From IMG/VR virus record IMGVR_UViG_3300021138_001350, positions 2,636 through 66,635 of that record: DNA of 64,000 nt, one strand, 5' to 3'. This document shows, piece by piece, positions 1 to 9,640 of the stretch; position 1 is the stretch's first letter, and every line of letters begins with the position of its first letter. This DNA is from a virus. Its lineage: Duplodnaviria > Caudoviricetes. A program made the translations under genes and the position numbers. The notes under the pieces are model-generated. The model saw nothing but the letters and a program-made list of their open reading frames with translations, was not told the DNA's origin and did not search any database.

Positions 1-171
1 AAAAAACAAGAGTATGCAAATAAGATTTCGGTAGCATTACAAAAGAAATTTGGTGAAGCAGGAATTCCTATAGATTATAATGAAAGAAACGCGTATTTAA
101 ACGTGGCTTCTTTTATAGTTCCTTTGAATGCTATATCAGCGTGGCTAATGAAAACTTTAAAAGGTGAGTAG
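1..171 (+). CDS. 3' end of hypothetical protein (truncated by window edge)
   Basis: Frame 1 open from base 1 to TAG at 169-171; overlaps the GTG start of the next ORF. Confidence 0.6.
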   Translation, partial: KKQEYANKISVALQKKFGEAGIPIDYNERNAYLNVASFIVPLNAISAWLMKTLKGE

Positions 172-427
172 TAAATTCTTATTAGACTTATTTAAAAAAA
201 ATCTTACCAACGGTAAAGGAAGTACATTTTCTATTCAACAAAACCCTACTAATTATATAGAAAAAATGAGAGGATCTATAGATCCAAATTTATTATTTTC
301 CTCTCAAAAAAATTCAAGTGGAACAAATATACCTACTAATCCACCTACAATACCAACTTTTTATTTACTTGACTCTTTAGGTAGGATACTAACAACAGAA
401 AATGGTTCAACTATATCAACACAATAA
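164..427 (+). CDS. hypothetical protein, probably virion-associated
   Basis: ORF; C-terminal LLDSLGRILTTENG resembles short repeats of phage fibre/decoration proteins. Confidence 0.55.
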   Translation: MSSKFLLDLFKKNLTNGKGSTFSIQQNPTNYIEKMRGSIDPNLLFSSQKNSSGTNIPTNPPTIPTFYLLDSLGRILTTENGSTISTQ

Positions 428-436
428 TTAAAAAAT

Positions 437-1207
437 ATGTCAAACGTAACAATATCTCAACTCCCAGTAGTAACATCAGTATTAAATACAGATGTTGTTC
501 CTATAGTGGCATCAAATAACACATCTCAAATTTCTATAGCAAATTTAGCAAATTCTTTAAGTGGATCTTTTAATTTTGCAACCACTGGATCAAATACTTT
601 TACAGGTCCAATAACTATTAATACGCCGGCAACTTTAGATTTGATTGTTTCAGGGTCTTCAGTTGTAATGGGCGGTTTCTTAGTTACAGGTAGTATTGAT
701 GTAACTGGATCAATGAGAGTTACAAATGGATTAAGTTTAACTGGATCATTAGTATTTTCTCCAGGAAGTTTAATAGTTCAAACTACCGCTTCTGCAGCGT
801 CAGGACCTTTAAAACATTATGCATCTATTGGATCTTTTGCGGGTAGTATGAGTGATTTGTCTGGTTCTACTGGAAATAGATTCATTCCTTCTGGAAATAA
901 ATTATATTATATAACTTGTAATGAATCAAATAATTCAAAGACAAGCCTCTATTTATATGATTTAACTAGTAATGGCACAACACCAATAAGTCCAATGTAT
1001 TCAGAAGAAATTACTGTAATTAATACAGTTGGAAGTAATGCTGCTCAAATAATACCAAGCCCAAAAGATTCAGCTACATCTATTAATACACTTGGAGGAG
1101 CTTTTACTTCTAGATCATTAGCGGCTGGAGCATATATGAGATTATTCGTTGAGTACGCATCTTTTGCACCACAATGGCATATAATAGCTTCAGGATCACT
1201 ATTTTAA
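437..1207 (+). CDS. S/G/T-rich fibre-like virion protein
   Basis: N-terminal TISQLP motif; ATTGSNTFTG and repeated VTGS beta-strand motifs. Confidence 0.6.
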   Translation: MSNVTISQLPVVTSVLNTDVVPIVASNNTSQISIANLANSLSGSFNFATTGSNTFTGPITINTPATLDLIVSGSSVVMGGFLVTGSIDVTGSMRVTNGLSLTGSLVFSPGSLIVQTTASAASGPLKHYASIGSFAGSMSDLSGSTGNRFIPSGNKLYYITCNESNNSKTSLYLYDLTSNGTTPISPMYSEEITVINTVGSNAAQIIPSPKDSATSINTLGGAFTSRSLAAGAYMRLFVEYASFAPQWHIIASGSLF

Positions 1208-1223
1208 TAATAAACTAAAAGTT

Positions 1224-1547
1224 ATGAAGAAAAGAAAAACAGTAAGAGCAAATTTTGACGGATTAGATCAATTAACGTCAGAGCAAATAAAAAAATCTGA
1301 CATATTAAAAGGTCTTCTTAAAGTTGAAGTGCCTAAAGCAATAGAAGATGCGCTTACCAATAAAAAAACTTTCGCTTCCATATTTGAAATAAACAGTTCT
1401 AACAATTATGTAGAATTACACAAACATTATTGGGTAGATGCGCTTACTGTATGTCTTAATTGGTATATTGAAGATCCCGCAGAAGATTACGAAATGTGCA
1501 TCCACATATCAAAAATGATTGAAACATTGAAAAACTCTAAAAAGTAA
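1224..1547 (+). CDS. hypothetical protein
   Basis: ORF with AAAGTTATG start context. Confidence 0.75.
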   Translation: MKKRKTVRANFDGLDQLTSEQIKKSDILKGLLKVEVPKAIEDALTNKKTFASIFEINSSNNYVELHKHYWVDALTVCLNWYIEDPAEDYEMCIHISKMIETLKNSKK

Positions 1548-1549
1548 AA

Positions 1550-1960
1550 ATGGCAGACGAATATAAAGAAATACAATCAGCAGTAGATTCGTTATTAGGA
1601 GCAAAATCATCGATAAGAAGAAAAAAAAGAACTCAATCAGAAAGACGAAGAGAATTATTCTTCACATTAATAAATACCTTAGAAGAAACAATAGTAAGAT
1701 CTAACATCGCGTACCAAGAGCTCCAGATCGATCTATTTAAATACGAAGATAAGTATATTCAGACAATAGATATGTTAATGATCTTGAGCTTTGGAGAAGC
1801 TTGCACAGACGTTATTAGTTTTTATCTATATGATAGGATGAATGATGATGCTACACTAAATGCTATGAAAACTACAGATGGCCAAGAAATATTGTTACAG
1901 AATCCTTACGATCTTTGGAATTTATTAGTTATGATGAACCCAAAAATAGATGAAGGGTAG
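1550..1960 (+). CDS. hypothetical protein
   Basis: ORF in tight operon. Confidence 0.75.
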   Translation: MADEYKEIQSAVDSLLGAKSSIRRKKRTQSERRRELFFTLINTLEETIVRSNIAYQELQIDLFKYEDKYIQTIDMLMILSFGEACTDVISFYLYDRMNDDATLNAMKTTDGQEILLQNPYDLWNLLVMMNPKIDEG

Positions 1961-2795
1961 GAGGAAGAAATACCAGAAGAAATTACCGTGGGAACAAAGT
2001 AAGGCGTTAGGATTTCCCCATTTAGGTTTACAATTGACCGAAGACGAGATTAGGGATTCCATGGCCAATTCTCGTACTATAGCCGAAGCTTGTCGATACA
2101 TGGGAATTAACTTCAAAACTTGGGTTAAGTACGCAAGCATGTACATTGACCTTGAGACAGGAAAAACTCTCTACGAAATTCACAGAAAGTACGGCAATCC
2201 CAATGCACAAAGACCTAGAAAACACAAAGAAAATCTACCAAGACTTTATCAAAAACAAATAGACAATCTACTTACTTACAGAAAGTGGACTAGTCCTGCA
2301 AGGGTGGTGATTTTAAAGAAGATGTTGATCTTACACGGATTGCACAAAGAAGAGTGCGAACACTGTGGTTATCACGAAAAAAGAGTAAAAGACGGAAAGC
2401 AACCACTGTTATTACACTTTGTTGACGGTGACCGCAGAAACTGGCAAATAGAAAATATCAGGTGGCTTTGTTACAATTGCTACTTCATTAATGTGTTTGA
2501 CAGTTTTAGTGGACGAGTACTAAGAAATATGCAATCGAGTCCACTTGTTGGTGATGAAACTTCTTTCGAGTCCAATTTACTATTCTACAACATAGACGAA
2601 AATGTGTTAAAAGAGATAGAAAAGATGCAAGCTTTCTTAGACGAAGGAAGATATAAACACGAAGAAGATTTAATCGATTATAAAAACCAAGAAGATCAAG
2701 ATCTAATCGATTTACAAAATATGGTACACGAAATAAAGTACGAAAAACCCGATTTGGGTGACGATGAGAACCTACTAATAGATAGAAAAATTTAA
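1950..2795 (+). CDS. HTH plus HNH-type zinc nuclease domain protein
   Basis: IAEACRYMGINFKTW (HTH-like); CEHCG...LLLHFVDGDRRNWQIENIRWLCYNC (HNH with CxxC pairs). Confidence 0.7.
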   Translation: MKGRRKKYQKKLPWEQSKALGFPHLGLQLTEDEIRDSMANSRTIAEACRYMGINFKTWVKYASMYIDLETGKTLYEIHRKYGNPNAQRPRKHKENLPRLYQKQIDNLLTYRKWTSPARVVILKKMLILHGLHKEECEHCGYHEKRVKDGKQPLLLHFVDGDRRNWQIENIRWLCYNCYFINVFDSFSGRVLRNMQSSPLVGDETSFESNLLFYNIDENVLKEIEKMQAFLDEGRYKHEEDLIDYKNQEDQDLIDLQNMVHEIKYEKPDLGDDENLLIDRKI

Positions 2796-2798
2796 ATA

Positions 2799-2926
2799 CA
2801 TAACTGGCTGATCCCCAAAGCCTGACTCATAACTGATTGGTTACCAATAAAAAAGTTCTCCATTGAGAACCAACGAGTTATGATCGCTCCCTGCTTACAT
2901 TCTGGCGCAACTGATTGGTTTCCAAT
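2799..2926. repeat. four copies of a 20-21 bp motif (consensus CATAACTGATTGGTTACCAAT), both orientations
   Basis: Copies at 2799, 2828, 2862 (reverse) and 2907; the same motif occurs at 10380-10444 and 31107-31178. Confidence 0.85.
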
Positions 2927-2944
2927 AGGCTTTTTTTCATTTGG

Positions 2945-2978
2945 ATTTTTTTATGTCAATATTGTGTCGTATATTTAC
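2945..2978 (+). promoter_or_regulatory. putative early promoter
   Basis: TTTTTTATGTCAATATTGTGTCGTATATTTAC, near-identical to 10463-10497; resembles the Bacteroidota -7 element TAnnTTTG. Confidence 0.65.
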
Positions 2979-2998
2979 TATATTCAATTATCTTCCAC

Positions 2999-3319
2999 AT
3001 GAGCAAAAAACGCACAGATCGCAACCACATTATCTACGAAATCGTTAATACCGTTAACGGTAAACGTTACATAGGATTGACGGTGGCACGCGGGAGAGCA
3101 TACAAAAAAAGTGTATTAATTCGTTTTCACCAACACTGTATGCGAGCGTTAACTGAAAATAAAGATTGGGCGTTATACAACGATATGCGTAAGTACGAAC
3201 ACGATGTGTACGACGTATTAATAGTAGATATCGTACGAGGTAAAGCTGAAGCACATCGCATAGAAACTGATCTTATTCATAGTTACGAATACAAATTAAA
3301 TTCAACCATTAAAAAATAA
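2999..3319 (+). CDS. GIY-YIG nuclease family protein
   Basis: IIYEIVNTVNGKRYIG...RFHQH...E; ATG at 2999 preferred to the TTG at 2915, which lies in the promoter region. Confidence 0.8.
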   Translation: MSKKRTDRNHIIYEIVNTVNGKRYIGLTVARGRAYKKSVLIRFHQHCMRALTENKDWALYNDMRKYEHDVYDVLIVDIVRGKAEAHRIETDLIHSYEYKLNSTIKK

Positions 3320-3322
3320 GTT

Positions 3323-3784
3323 ATGACAAACTCAAGAAATTTTCAAGTAAACGATTTTATATCAATTAAGTACAATTACAATTACGGTATGGGCTCAGGA
3401 TCTCAAGGATCTGTGGAAATTACAGGTATTGTTAAAAGCATAGATCTATCAAAGATGACGTTTGAATTGTTAGCTACAAGTAAAAGAAAAGCTGAGAGCT
3501 ATTATTTTTCTAGCATTAGTAGTATTACCATTCTTGAAAAACCTAAAGTGCCAGTAGAAAATGCACTAGCTGAAATAACAAAAATAGGTGAAGGTCGCTA
3601 CGTAATTTCTTTTAAAGGTAAAGAATACGAAGCTGCAAAAATCGCCTACGCAGGTAGATTAAGAGTGTTTAATAGAGTTAAAGGCGCGAGAGGTATGAAA
3701 CGTGGAAATATTATTTGTAACGAGTACATGTTTGGAATTAAAAGTCTTCGTAGAGACATAGAAATGGGTAAAAAAATTGCGTAA
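3323..3784 (+). CDS. hypothetical protein
   Basis: ORF, AAGTTATG start. Confidence 0.75.
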   Translation: MTNSRNFQVNDFISIKYNYNYGMGSGSQGSVEITGIVKSIDLSKMTFELLATSKRKAESYYFSSISSITILEKPKVPVENALAEITKIGEGRYVISFKGKEYEAAKIAYAGRLRVFNRVKGARGMKRGNIICNEYMFGIKSLRRDIEMGKKIA

Positions 3785-3804
3785 TAAAATTAAAAATAAA
3801 AGTT

Positions 3805-4014
3805 ATGACAAATTCACAAATCGAATTATTTAGTAAAATTTTAGACACTAATTGGGAATTGAAAGAAGCAGTTGATAACGAAAAGCATTTTCAAGCTGTA
3901 TCTTTAAAAGATCAATTAGATCAGTTCATTGAAGAATTAAAAGAATCTATGGGTGTAGAAGCATTTGATACATTCATGAGTAATGGTAGAAAAATGTTTG
4001 CTTCAAAAAACTAA
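3805..4014 (+). CDS. hypothetical protein
   Basis: ORF, AAAGTTATG start. Confidence 0.75.
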   Translation: MTNSQIELFSKILDTNWELKEAVDNEKHFQAVSLKDQLDQFIEELKESMGVEAFDTFMSNGRKMFASKN

Positions 4015-4025
4015 AAAATAAAAAT

Positions 4026-4118
4026 ATGTTTACAGTCTATCTTATTATTTGTTTTGTATCGCTTGCGATATTAGCAGTGTGTTACATTAAAGCAGAACAC
4101 CATCAAGACTGGGATTAA
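4026..4118 (+). CDS. small membrane peptide (30 aa)
   Basis: MFTVYLIICFVSLAILAVCYIKAEHHQDWD fills the gap; one hydrophobic helix. Confidence 0.5.
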   Translation: MFTVYLIICFVSLAILAVCYIKAEHHQDWD

Positions 4119-4138
4119 TAAAATTAAAAATTAAAGTT

Positions 4139-4366
4139 ATGACAATACAAGTACCAAAATCAGTAAAAAGTTATTCAGAATTGGCAGACGTAAGAAACGA
4201 TGTCAAGTGTAAAATGATTGGTTCATTTTCAGGCCATCTAAAATCTATTCTATATTCAGGATTATTAGACAAAAATGAAATTTCAAAAAAACGAACAGAA
4301 CAGTTTTTAATCGAAATGGAAGAAATTTGGAACGCTCAGTACGAGATTAAAGTAGAGAACAATTAA
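4139..4366 (+). CDS. hypothetical protein
   Basis: ORF, AAAGTTATG start. Confidence 0.7.
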   Translation: MTIQVPKSVKSYSELADVRNDVKCKMIGSFSGHLKSILYSGLLDKNEISKKRTEQFLIEMEEIWNAQYEIKVENN

Positions 4367-4381
4367 CAGTTAATTGACATA

Positions 4382-4433
4382 GGTTAACTGATGAGACTTC
4401 AATAGTCGAAACCGCTATCATGCGGTATTAACC
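4382..4433 (+). ncRNA. hammerhead ribozyme, type I
   Basis: GGTTAA-CTGATGA-GACT(tcaat)AGTC-GAAA-CCGC(tatcat)GCGG-TA-TTAACC: intact catalytic core and three perfect stems; predicted cleavage after GUA (4427). Confidence 0.92.
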
Positions 4434-4448
4434 AATAAAATTAAAGTT

Positions 4449-5414
4449 ATGAATTTATTTCAATCAGTCAAGTCATTTATCAATAGTCGTGAAGTGAATA
4501 GTACGTTTACTACGAAAGAATTACACGATGCTATGAACGGTATTGAAAGTGTAACCGCATGGAAAAGACACGGTAACGAATTCTACAGAACAAATACTTA
4601 CAGATCTTATTTAAGACGTTTAGGTTTTGTTAATAGAATTAAGAACGGTCTTTGGATGGTGATATCACCGATACCAAATTGGTTCGATAGTGGCACTGCA
4701 AACTTTTTATTATTTCCAGCTTATAGATTTGAAAATGGAAAAACAATAAGACAGTCTGAATACAATGGAGAAACTAGAGCTCAGATCGAATTGAAATTAG
4801 AAAATCATTTTAAACATTATAAAAATATGAAACAAAAGTTGGAATTCAAAGTAGGCGACAAAGTAAAAATAGTTGGAAAGACTGGTTACCACGGATTTGA
4901 AATGCAAGAAATTGTAGAAGTTGTTTTCGTTGGTGATGAAACTTTAGAGTGCGAAGGAAACGGTGGTGGAAAAACTACATTTCAACAAACAATAGATAAA
5001 AATGATGTGGTACTGTACTACGAAGTAAACATTCCAGAACCCTTTGAGAAAGAAGTACGACCATCTAGCGCCAAGGAATTGGCAAGAGAATTGGTAGGTG
5101 ACGGTAAAACTCCTAACGTGTGGTTCGTTACTTATGGCGCTTACATAATGGTTAGAGAAGATTTTGATTGTAGCGACTACGAATTATTGGAAGGTTATTC
5201 AGAAAAAGATTCAGAAACTTTTGGACCTTTTTATTCTTACCAAGAAGCTTGCGATAAATACGATGATATAGATTTGGATCCACGCGATGGCATTGGTCAA
5301 GTGTTTATTGAAGACAGATTAATTGGTACAGTTAAAGAGAAGTGCCTAGAAAAGGTAATTAAAGTAGATTATAGTTATAACGAACACGATGATTCAAAAT
5401 TTTATAAAAAATAA
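4449..5414 (+). CDS. mosaic hypothetical protein (winged-helix-like N-terminus, FKVGDKV module)
   Basis: ORF; internal FKVGDKVKI module shared with 11520 and 36721. Confidence 0.75.
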   Translation: MNLFQSVKSFINSREVNSTFTTKELHDAMNGIESVTAWKRHGNEFYRTNTYRSYLRRLGFVNRIKNGLWMVISPIPNWFDSGTANFLLFPAYRFENGKTIRQSEYNGETRAQIELKLENHFKHYKNMKQKLEFKVGDKVKIVGKTGYHGFEMQEIVEVVFVGDETLECEGNGGGKTTFQQTIDKNDVVLYYEVNIPEPFEKEVRPSSAKELARELVGDGKTPNVWFVTYGAYIMVREDFDCSDYELLEGYSEKDSETFGPFYSYQEACDKYDDIDLDPRDGIGQVFIEDRLIGTVKEKCLEKVIKVDYSYNEHDDSKFYKK

Positions 5415-5472
5415 ATTACACAAAATTAAGATCGAAAAAATAAAGTAATCATAAAAATTAAAAATTAAAGTT

Positions 5473-5946
5473 ATGGGATTAGACATGTATTTACACAAAA
5501 AAACTAACGTTAAGAACTACAGCTTTTATTCAGACGAAGAAACTACGTTAGTAACAGTTACAAGAAACGGAGAATCGGTAAAGTCTATCGATCCTTCAAA
5601 AGTATCAATGATAGAGCAAGAAGTTGGGTATTGGAGAAAATTCAATGCTCTTCATTTGTGGTTCGTTAATAATGTACAAGGCGGTAAAGACGATTGTGCA
5701 GAGTACTACGTTAAGAAAGATAAAATGCAAGAATTACTACAAGTATTAAAAGAAGTAAGTAACGATCATTCAAAAGCACCAGAATTATTGCCTATTGGAA
5801 ATGGATTCTTTTTTGGAAATACAGATTATGATGAGTGGTATTTCAATGACGTTAATAGATCAATAATGATATTTGAAGACATATTGAAGACTTCCATTAG
5901 TGAAGACGATTTGTATTCTTCTTATCACTATCAAGCAAGTTGGTAA
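5473..5946 (+). CDS. conserved phage protein (MGLDMY / YWRK family)
   Basis: MGLDMYL...GYWRKFNALHLWF...GFFFG...YQASW motifs. Confidence 0.8.
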   Translation: MGLDMYLHKKTNVKNYSFYSDEETTLVTVTRNGESVKSIDPSKVSMIEQEVGYWRKFNALHLWFVNNVQGGKDDCAEYYVKKDKMQELLQVLKEVSNDHSKAPELLPIGNGFFFGNTDYDEWYFNDVNRSIMIFEDILKTSISEDDLYSSYHYQASW

Positions 5947-5975
5947 AATATTTTAATAAACTAATAAAAATAATT

Positions 5976-6296
5976 ATGCAATTTAAATCTTTATACCCAC
6001 CCATTTGCTTTACTAGTCCAAGTACGAATATCATCTACATTGTGGCAGGAGGAATTTATCAACAAGTGGACAAACTGTACGATTGGTTAGAACTAAAAGA
6101 AATGTGGACTCCAATTGTGTACGATAAACCTTATCAGAAACCTGTGATAGTAGTAGAACCTATCAAGTATTTTGTTGAAGGTACTAAAGGCAACAAGTAC
6201 GAAGTTGTAAATGATAATGGAGTGTGGACGTGTTCGTGTCCTGCACACGGATTTGGAAGAGGCAAAGATTGCAAACATATAAAATCTTTAAAATAA
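5976..6296 (+). CDS. SWIM zinc-finger protein
   Basis: YEV...WTCSCP...CKHI. Confidence 0.8.
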   Translation: MQFKSLYPPICFTSPSTNIIYIVAGGIYQQVDKLYDWLELKEMWTPIVYDKPYQKPVIVVEPIKYFVEGTKGNKYEVVNDNGVWTCSCPAHGFGRGKDCKHIKSLK

Positions 6297-6302
6297 AAAG
6301 TA

Positions 6303-6704
6303 ATGAAAAAAGAATTCATTCCATACGAACAAGCATTAGCTCTTAAAGAGTTAGGGTTTGATGAACCATGTTTTGCATATTATTTTACTACTAATGGTGA
6401 AAATTGGGAATTTGCAGCTAAAAGAGAGTTTGATAAAATAAATGAAACATTAGTTATTGGTGATAAGTTTATATTATCTGCACCATTATACCAACAAGCA
6501 TTTAGATGGTTTAGAGAGAAGCATGGACTATATTCATACATAGAAACAGTTTTTGTAGTAGGTGCAGCTTCTCCTATAAAATATGATTACGTCATATTAG
6601 AAAATAATGAGGAAGAAGTATTTTATACAAATATGCCATACCATTCCCATGAAGAAGCAGAACTAGCTTGTCTTAATAAATTAATTGAAATAGTAAAACA
6701 ATAG
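6303..6704 (+). CDS. hypothetical protein, paralog A
   Basis: EFIPYEQALALKELGFDEPCF...PLYQQAFRWFREKH...ACLNKLIE. Confidence 0.8.
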   Translation: MKKEFIPYEQALALKELGFDEPCFAYYFTTNGENWEFAAKREFDKINETLVIGDKFILSAPLYQQAFRWFREKHGLYSYIETVFVVGAASPIKYDYVILENNEEEVFYTNMPYHSHEEAELACLNKLIEIVKQ

Positions 6705-6706
6705 TT

Positions 6707-7120
6707 ATGAATGAAGAATTTATACCTTATGAACAAGCATTATCTTTAAAAGAATTAGGTTTTGATGAACCTTGTTTTGGTTGGTATCGGTCGTCACTAA
6801 TACCAAGTAATTTTACCGAGTATTTTTTAGAGACAGAATTTGGTATGAATGAAAGTCCAAGTGATTGCGTCAATAGTAATTTTTTAGATAAAGCGTGTAG
6901 TTCTCCACTATATCAACAAGCATTCAGATGGTTTAGAGAGAAGCATAACTTAACAGCTAATCCATCTATCTGTAGTAATGGAACATGGAGTGCTTGGGTA
7001 ATGAGTATTCCCTATAATCCTGAAGATGGTATAATGAATGATACAGATGGATTTAAAACATATGATGAAGCTCAGTTAGCTTGTCTTAATAAATTAATTG
7101 AATTAATAAAAAAGAAATAA
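6707..7120 (+). CDS. hypothetical protein, paralog B
   Basis: Same three conserved blocks as 6303..6704. Confidence 0.8.
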   Translation: MNEEFIPYEQALSLKELGFDEPCFGWYRSSLIPSNFTEYFLETEFGMNESPSDCVNSNFLDKACSSPLYQQAFRWFREKHNLTANPSICSNGTWSAWVMSIPYNPEDGIMNDTDGFKTYDEAQLACLNKLIELIKKK

Positions 7121-7359
7121 TGGCAAATCCACAAGAAGGAAAACCGATCTGGGTAGAAAGTATCTTAACAGACGAAGAATACAGAGAGTGTTCCAAAAAG
7201 TACCCAAATACATTTACGAAAGGACCAATTAAACCCGCATTTTTTCATTGCGAATTTAGATGGAGATATAGAATGGGTGCTGGTATGACATCTGAAGAAT
7301 TGAAGGTTTATAATAAGAGAATTGCTTCTTTGGAAGAGATGCTTAAACAATTAAAATAA
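7120..7359 (+). CDS. hypothetical protein
   Basis: TAATG-coupled ORF. Confidence 0.65.
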   Translation: MANPQEGKPIWVESILTDEEYRECSKKYPNTFTKGPIKPAFFHCEFRWRYRMGAGMTSEELKVYNKRIASLEEMLKQLK

Positions 7360-7364
7360 ATATT

Positions 7365-7937
7365 ATGATATTATTTAAAGGTAAAAAGGCAAAAGTAGGC
7401 CCAGTGCATACTAAAGATATTACATTAGAGGATCTAAGAGTAGTATTCTTTCCCAAAACATTTTACGAGAAGTACGGTTATTTAGGTTCAGTTCCATGGA
7501 GAGAGGAAGGTCCAATATTCAAAGCGATGGAACCTTTAGTAATTTACATGGACTACAAAGCAAAACCTTTTTGGTGTCCACGGTGGTTAATTAGATTGTT
7601 GCATTTATTCGGTTCTGATAATTCTATTGTTAGAGTGAGAAATAGAAAGCTACACAATCTAAAAAACAAAATCACTAAAGGTTGTTTGATATGGGATTAT
7701 AAAACTAAATGGTCTGACTATGATCTTAGAATAAGTGTAACTGGTACAAATGAAATGCAATTCTTAGCTGATGCCATTGAAACTGAATTCTATGATAGAG
7801 GGTATAGAATAGATTTAGCTGAGCAGATTAAGGAACTAGATCCTGACACTAGATATCATAAAGGTGATACTCCTACTATGTTAAAAAAAGAATTACACAG
7901 ATTACAAGATAGTTTAGATTTGGACGAATTAAATTAA
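7365..7937 (+). CDS. hypothetical protein
   Basis: ORF in operon. Confidence 0.75.
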   Translation: MILFKGKKAKVGPVHTKDITLEDLRVVFFPKTFYEKYGYLGSVPWREEGPIFKAMEPLVIYMDYKAKPFWCPRWLIRLLHLFGSDNSIVRVRNRKLHNLKNKITKGCLIWDYKTKWSDYDLRISVTGTNEMQFLADAIETEFYDRGYRIDLAEQIKELDPDTRYHKGDTPTMLKKELHRLQDSLDLDELN

Positions 7938-8056
7938 TTATATCATGTTAATAATAGAAGATCAAATAATTACAGCATATTCCGTATTTTTAGGATCCGC
8001 TTGTATATTATCATTTGCAGCATATTTAATACACGAATTTTATAAAAAAGATCAAG

Positions 8057-8494
8057 ATGGAAATGATTAATAGTAAAAAACCGGCTGATTCAATCCTTCA
8101 GAAATTCGAAGATCAGCATCCAGGAAATTTAGGTTGGGACTTAGAAGTTAAAAAAGCTTTCATACGTGAGAAAAATTCAAAGGCATTTTATTTAAAAATT
8201 AACAATCGTTGTATAGCAGAATTACTAATATCTTGGAATTCTGACAACGTATTTTTAGTGAATAGTATTACAGTTCTTCCAGAATACAGAAATAATGGCT
8301 ATTCAAAAAAATTACTTAAACATGGTTTTGAATGGGCTTTAGATAATGGGTTTGAATTATGTATAGGAGAAGCGAGAATAGGAGCAAGTTGGAATGCATT
8401 TAAATCTTTTGGAGCAAAATCTATATTCATTCACAAAAATTGGTGTAAGTCAAAGGAAAACTATGTGAGCTTTTTAATTAAATTAAAAAAATAA
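8057..8494 (+). CDS. GNAT family N-acetyltransferase
   Basis: ITVLPEYRNNGYSKKLL acetyl-CoA binding motif A. Confidence 0.85.
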   Translation: MEMINSKKPADSILQKFEDQHPGNLGWDLEVKKAFIREKNSKAFYLKINNRCIAELLISWNSDNVFLVNSITVLPEYRNNGYSKKLLKHGFEWALDNGFELCIGEARIGASWNAFKSFGAKSIFIHKNWCKSKENYVSFLIKLKK

Positions 8495-8498
8495 AGTT

Positions 8499-8687
8499 AT
8501 GTTTGAAGAACTAGAAAAAGAAAGACAAAAAGTTATGGGAGATCCTAAATTTCAAGAATGGTGTAAAGAGTTTAGAGTATCTATAAATACAAGAATTCCT
8601 GAAGCAGAGTACAGAGCAATGGAGATTATGAAGCAATACGAATCACAAGATTTATTTTATTCTAAACTAATTAAAATGGTTAACTAA
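8499..8687 (+). CDS. hypothetical protein
   Basis: ORF, AAAGTTATG start. Confidence 0.65.
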   Translation: MFEELEKERQKVMGDPKFQEWCKEFRVSINTRIPEAEYRAMEIMKQYESQDLFYSKLIKMVN

Positions 8688-8691
8688 AATC

Positions 8692-9096
8692 ATGGAGGAA
8701 AAAAAGAAAAAGAGCGTAGTATCTAGAGCAACTGCGTACAAAATTCTTTGGTGGTGTATAAGCGAGTACGGAAGGTCCAAACTTAATGGACCTTACCCGT
8801 ATCTTGAATACAGAAAAGCTGATTATTATACGGGAGAGGATTGTGGATACTACGATGAAATAGAACAGGTGATCTTTATTAATAAAGACGCTCATCTAAC
8901 ATTAGAAGATCTTGTTAAAACTATTATACATGAATACACGCACTATGTTAAACATAGTATGCATGAATATAAAATACTGTCAAAGTACTTAAGTCATCAT
9001 AGAAACCCATTAGAAATAGATGCAAGAAGGACAGAGAATAGAGATTATAAAAAGTGTCTTAAATTTTTAAAGAAGGAATACAATATTTTCGAATAA
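8692..9096 (+). CDS. zincin-like metallopeptidase
   Basis: GYYD...TIIHEYTHY...PLEIDAR (HExxH plus downstream E). Confidence 0.8.
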   Translation: MEEKKKKSVVSRATAYKILWWCISEYGRSKLNGPYPYLEYRKADYYTGEDCGYYDEIEQVIFINKDAHLTLEDLVKTIIHEYTHYVKHSMHEYKILSKYLSHHRNPLEIDARRTENRDYKKCLKFLKKEYNIFE

Positions 9097-9117
9097 ACAC
9101 AAATATTTATACTCAGA

Positions 9118-9336
9118 ATGAAAGAATTGGTATACGATATGTTAGAAAAGATGGTCGAATCAAAAATACCCGATAAGACTCATCATCTTCTACACATTAA
9201 CTGTAGACAAGCGTTTTTGGAAGCATCAGTGGATCTAATAGAAAGAAAAATCATTAAACCCACTGCTAGTAATATAAAGTTTTTGACAGATAATTGGGAA
9301 CATATCCTTTATACTAAATATTCAATGCTTAATTAA
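9118..9336 (+). CDS. hypothetical protein
   Basis: ORF preceded by ATATTTAT motif (9103-9110). Confidence 0.65.
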   Translation: MKELVYDMLEKMVESKIPDKTHHLLHINCRQAFLEASVDLIERKIIKPTASNIKFLTDNWEHILYTKYSMLN

Positions 9337-9337
9337 C

Positions 9338-9628
9338 ATGAATCCAACAGTACCTCAAGTAGTAAGTACATCTCTTTTGCAATACGGCGTAGTAGGTTTA
9401 ATAGCTCTTTTATTGGGTTATTTTGCGTGGATCCAATATAAAAGATTAGTAGAAAAAAACGATAAATTAGAAGAGAAAGTTGATAAATTACAACAAGAGA
9501 TGATGGAAATCTTAGTTGAAGAAAGAGACAGAATGTCAAAATTAATTACAGATAATACACAAGCACTAGCTGATTTACAGAAAACAATATATAAATTTTT
9601 AATATCTTCTACTAAAGATATTTCTTAG
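9338..9628 (+). CDS. single-TM plus coiled-coil protein, possible holin (BhlA/UviB-like architecture)
   Basis: LLQYGVVGLIALLLGYFAW followed by a heptad coiled coil. Confidence 0.5.
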   Translation: MNPTVPQVVSTSLLQYGVVGLIALLLGYFAWIQYKRLVEKNDKLEEKVDKLQQEMMEILVEERDRMSKLITDNTQALADLQKTIYKFLISSTKDIS

Positions 9629-9640
9629 ATTTTCAATACT

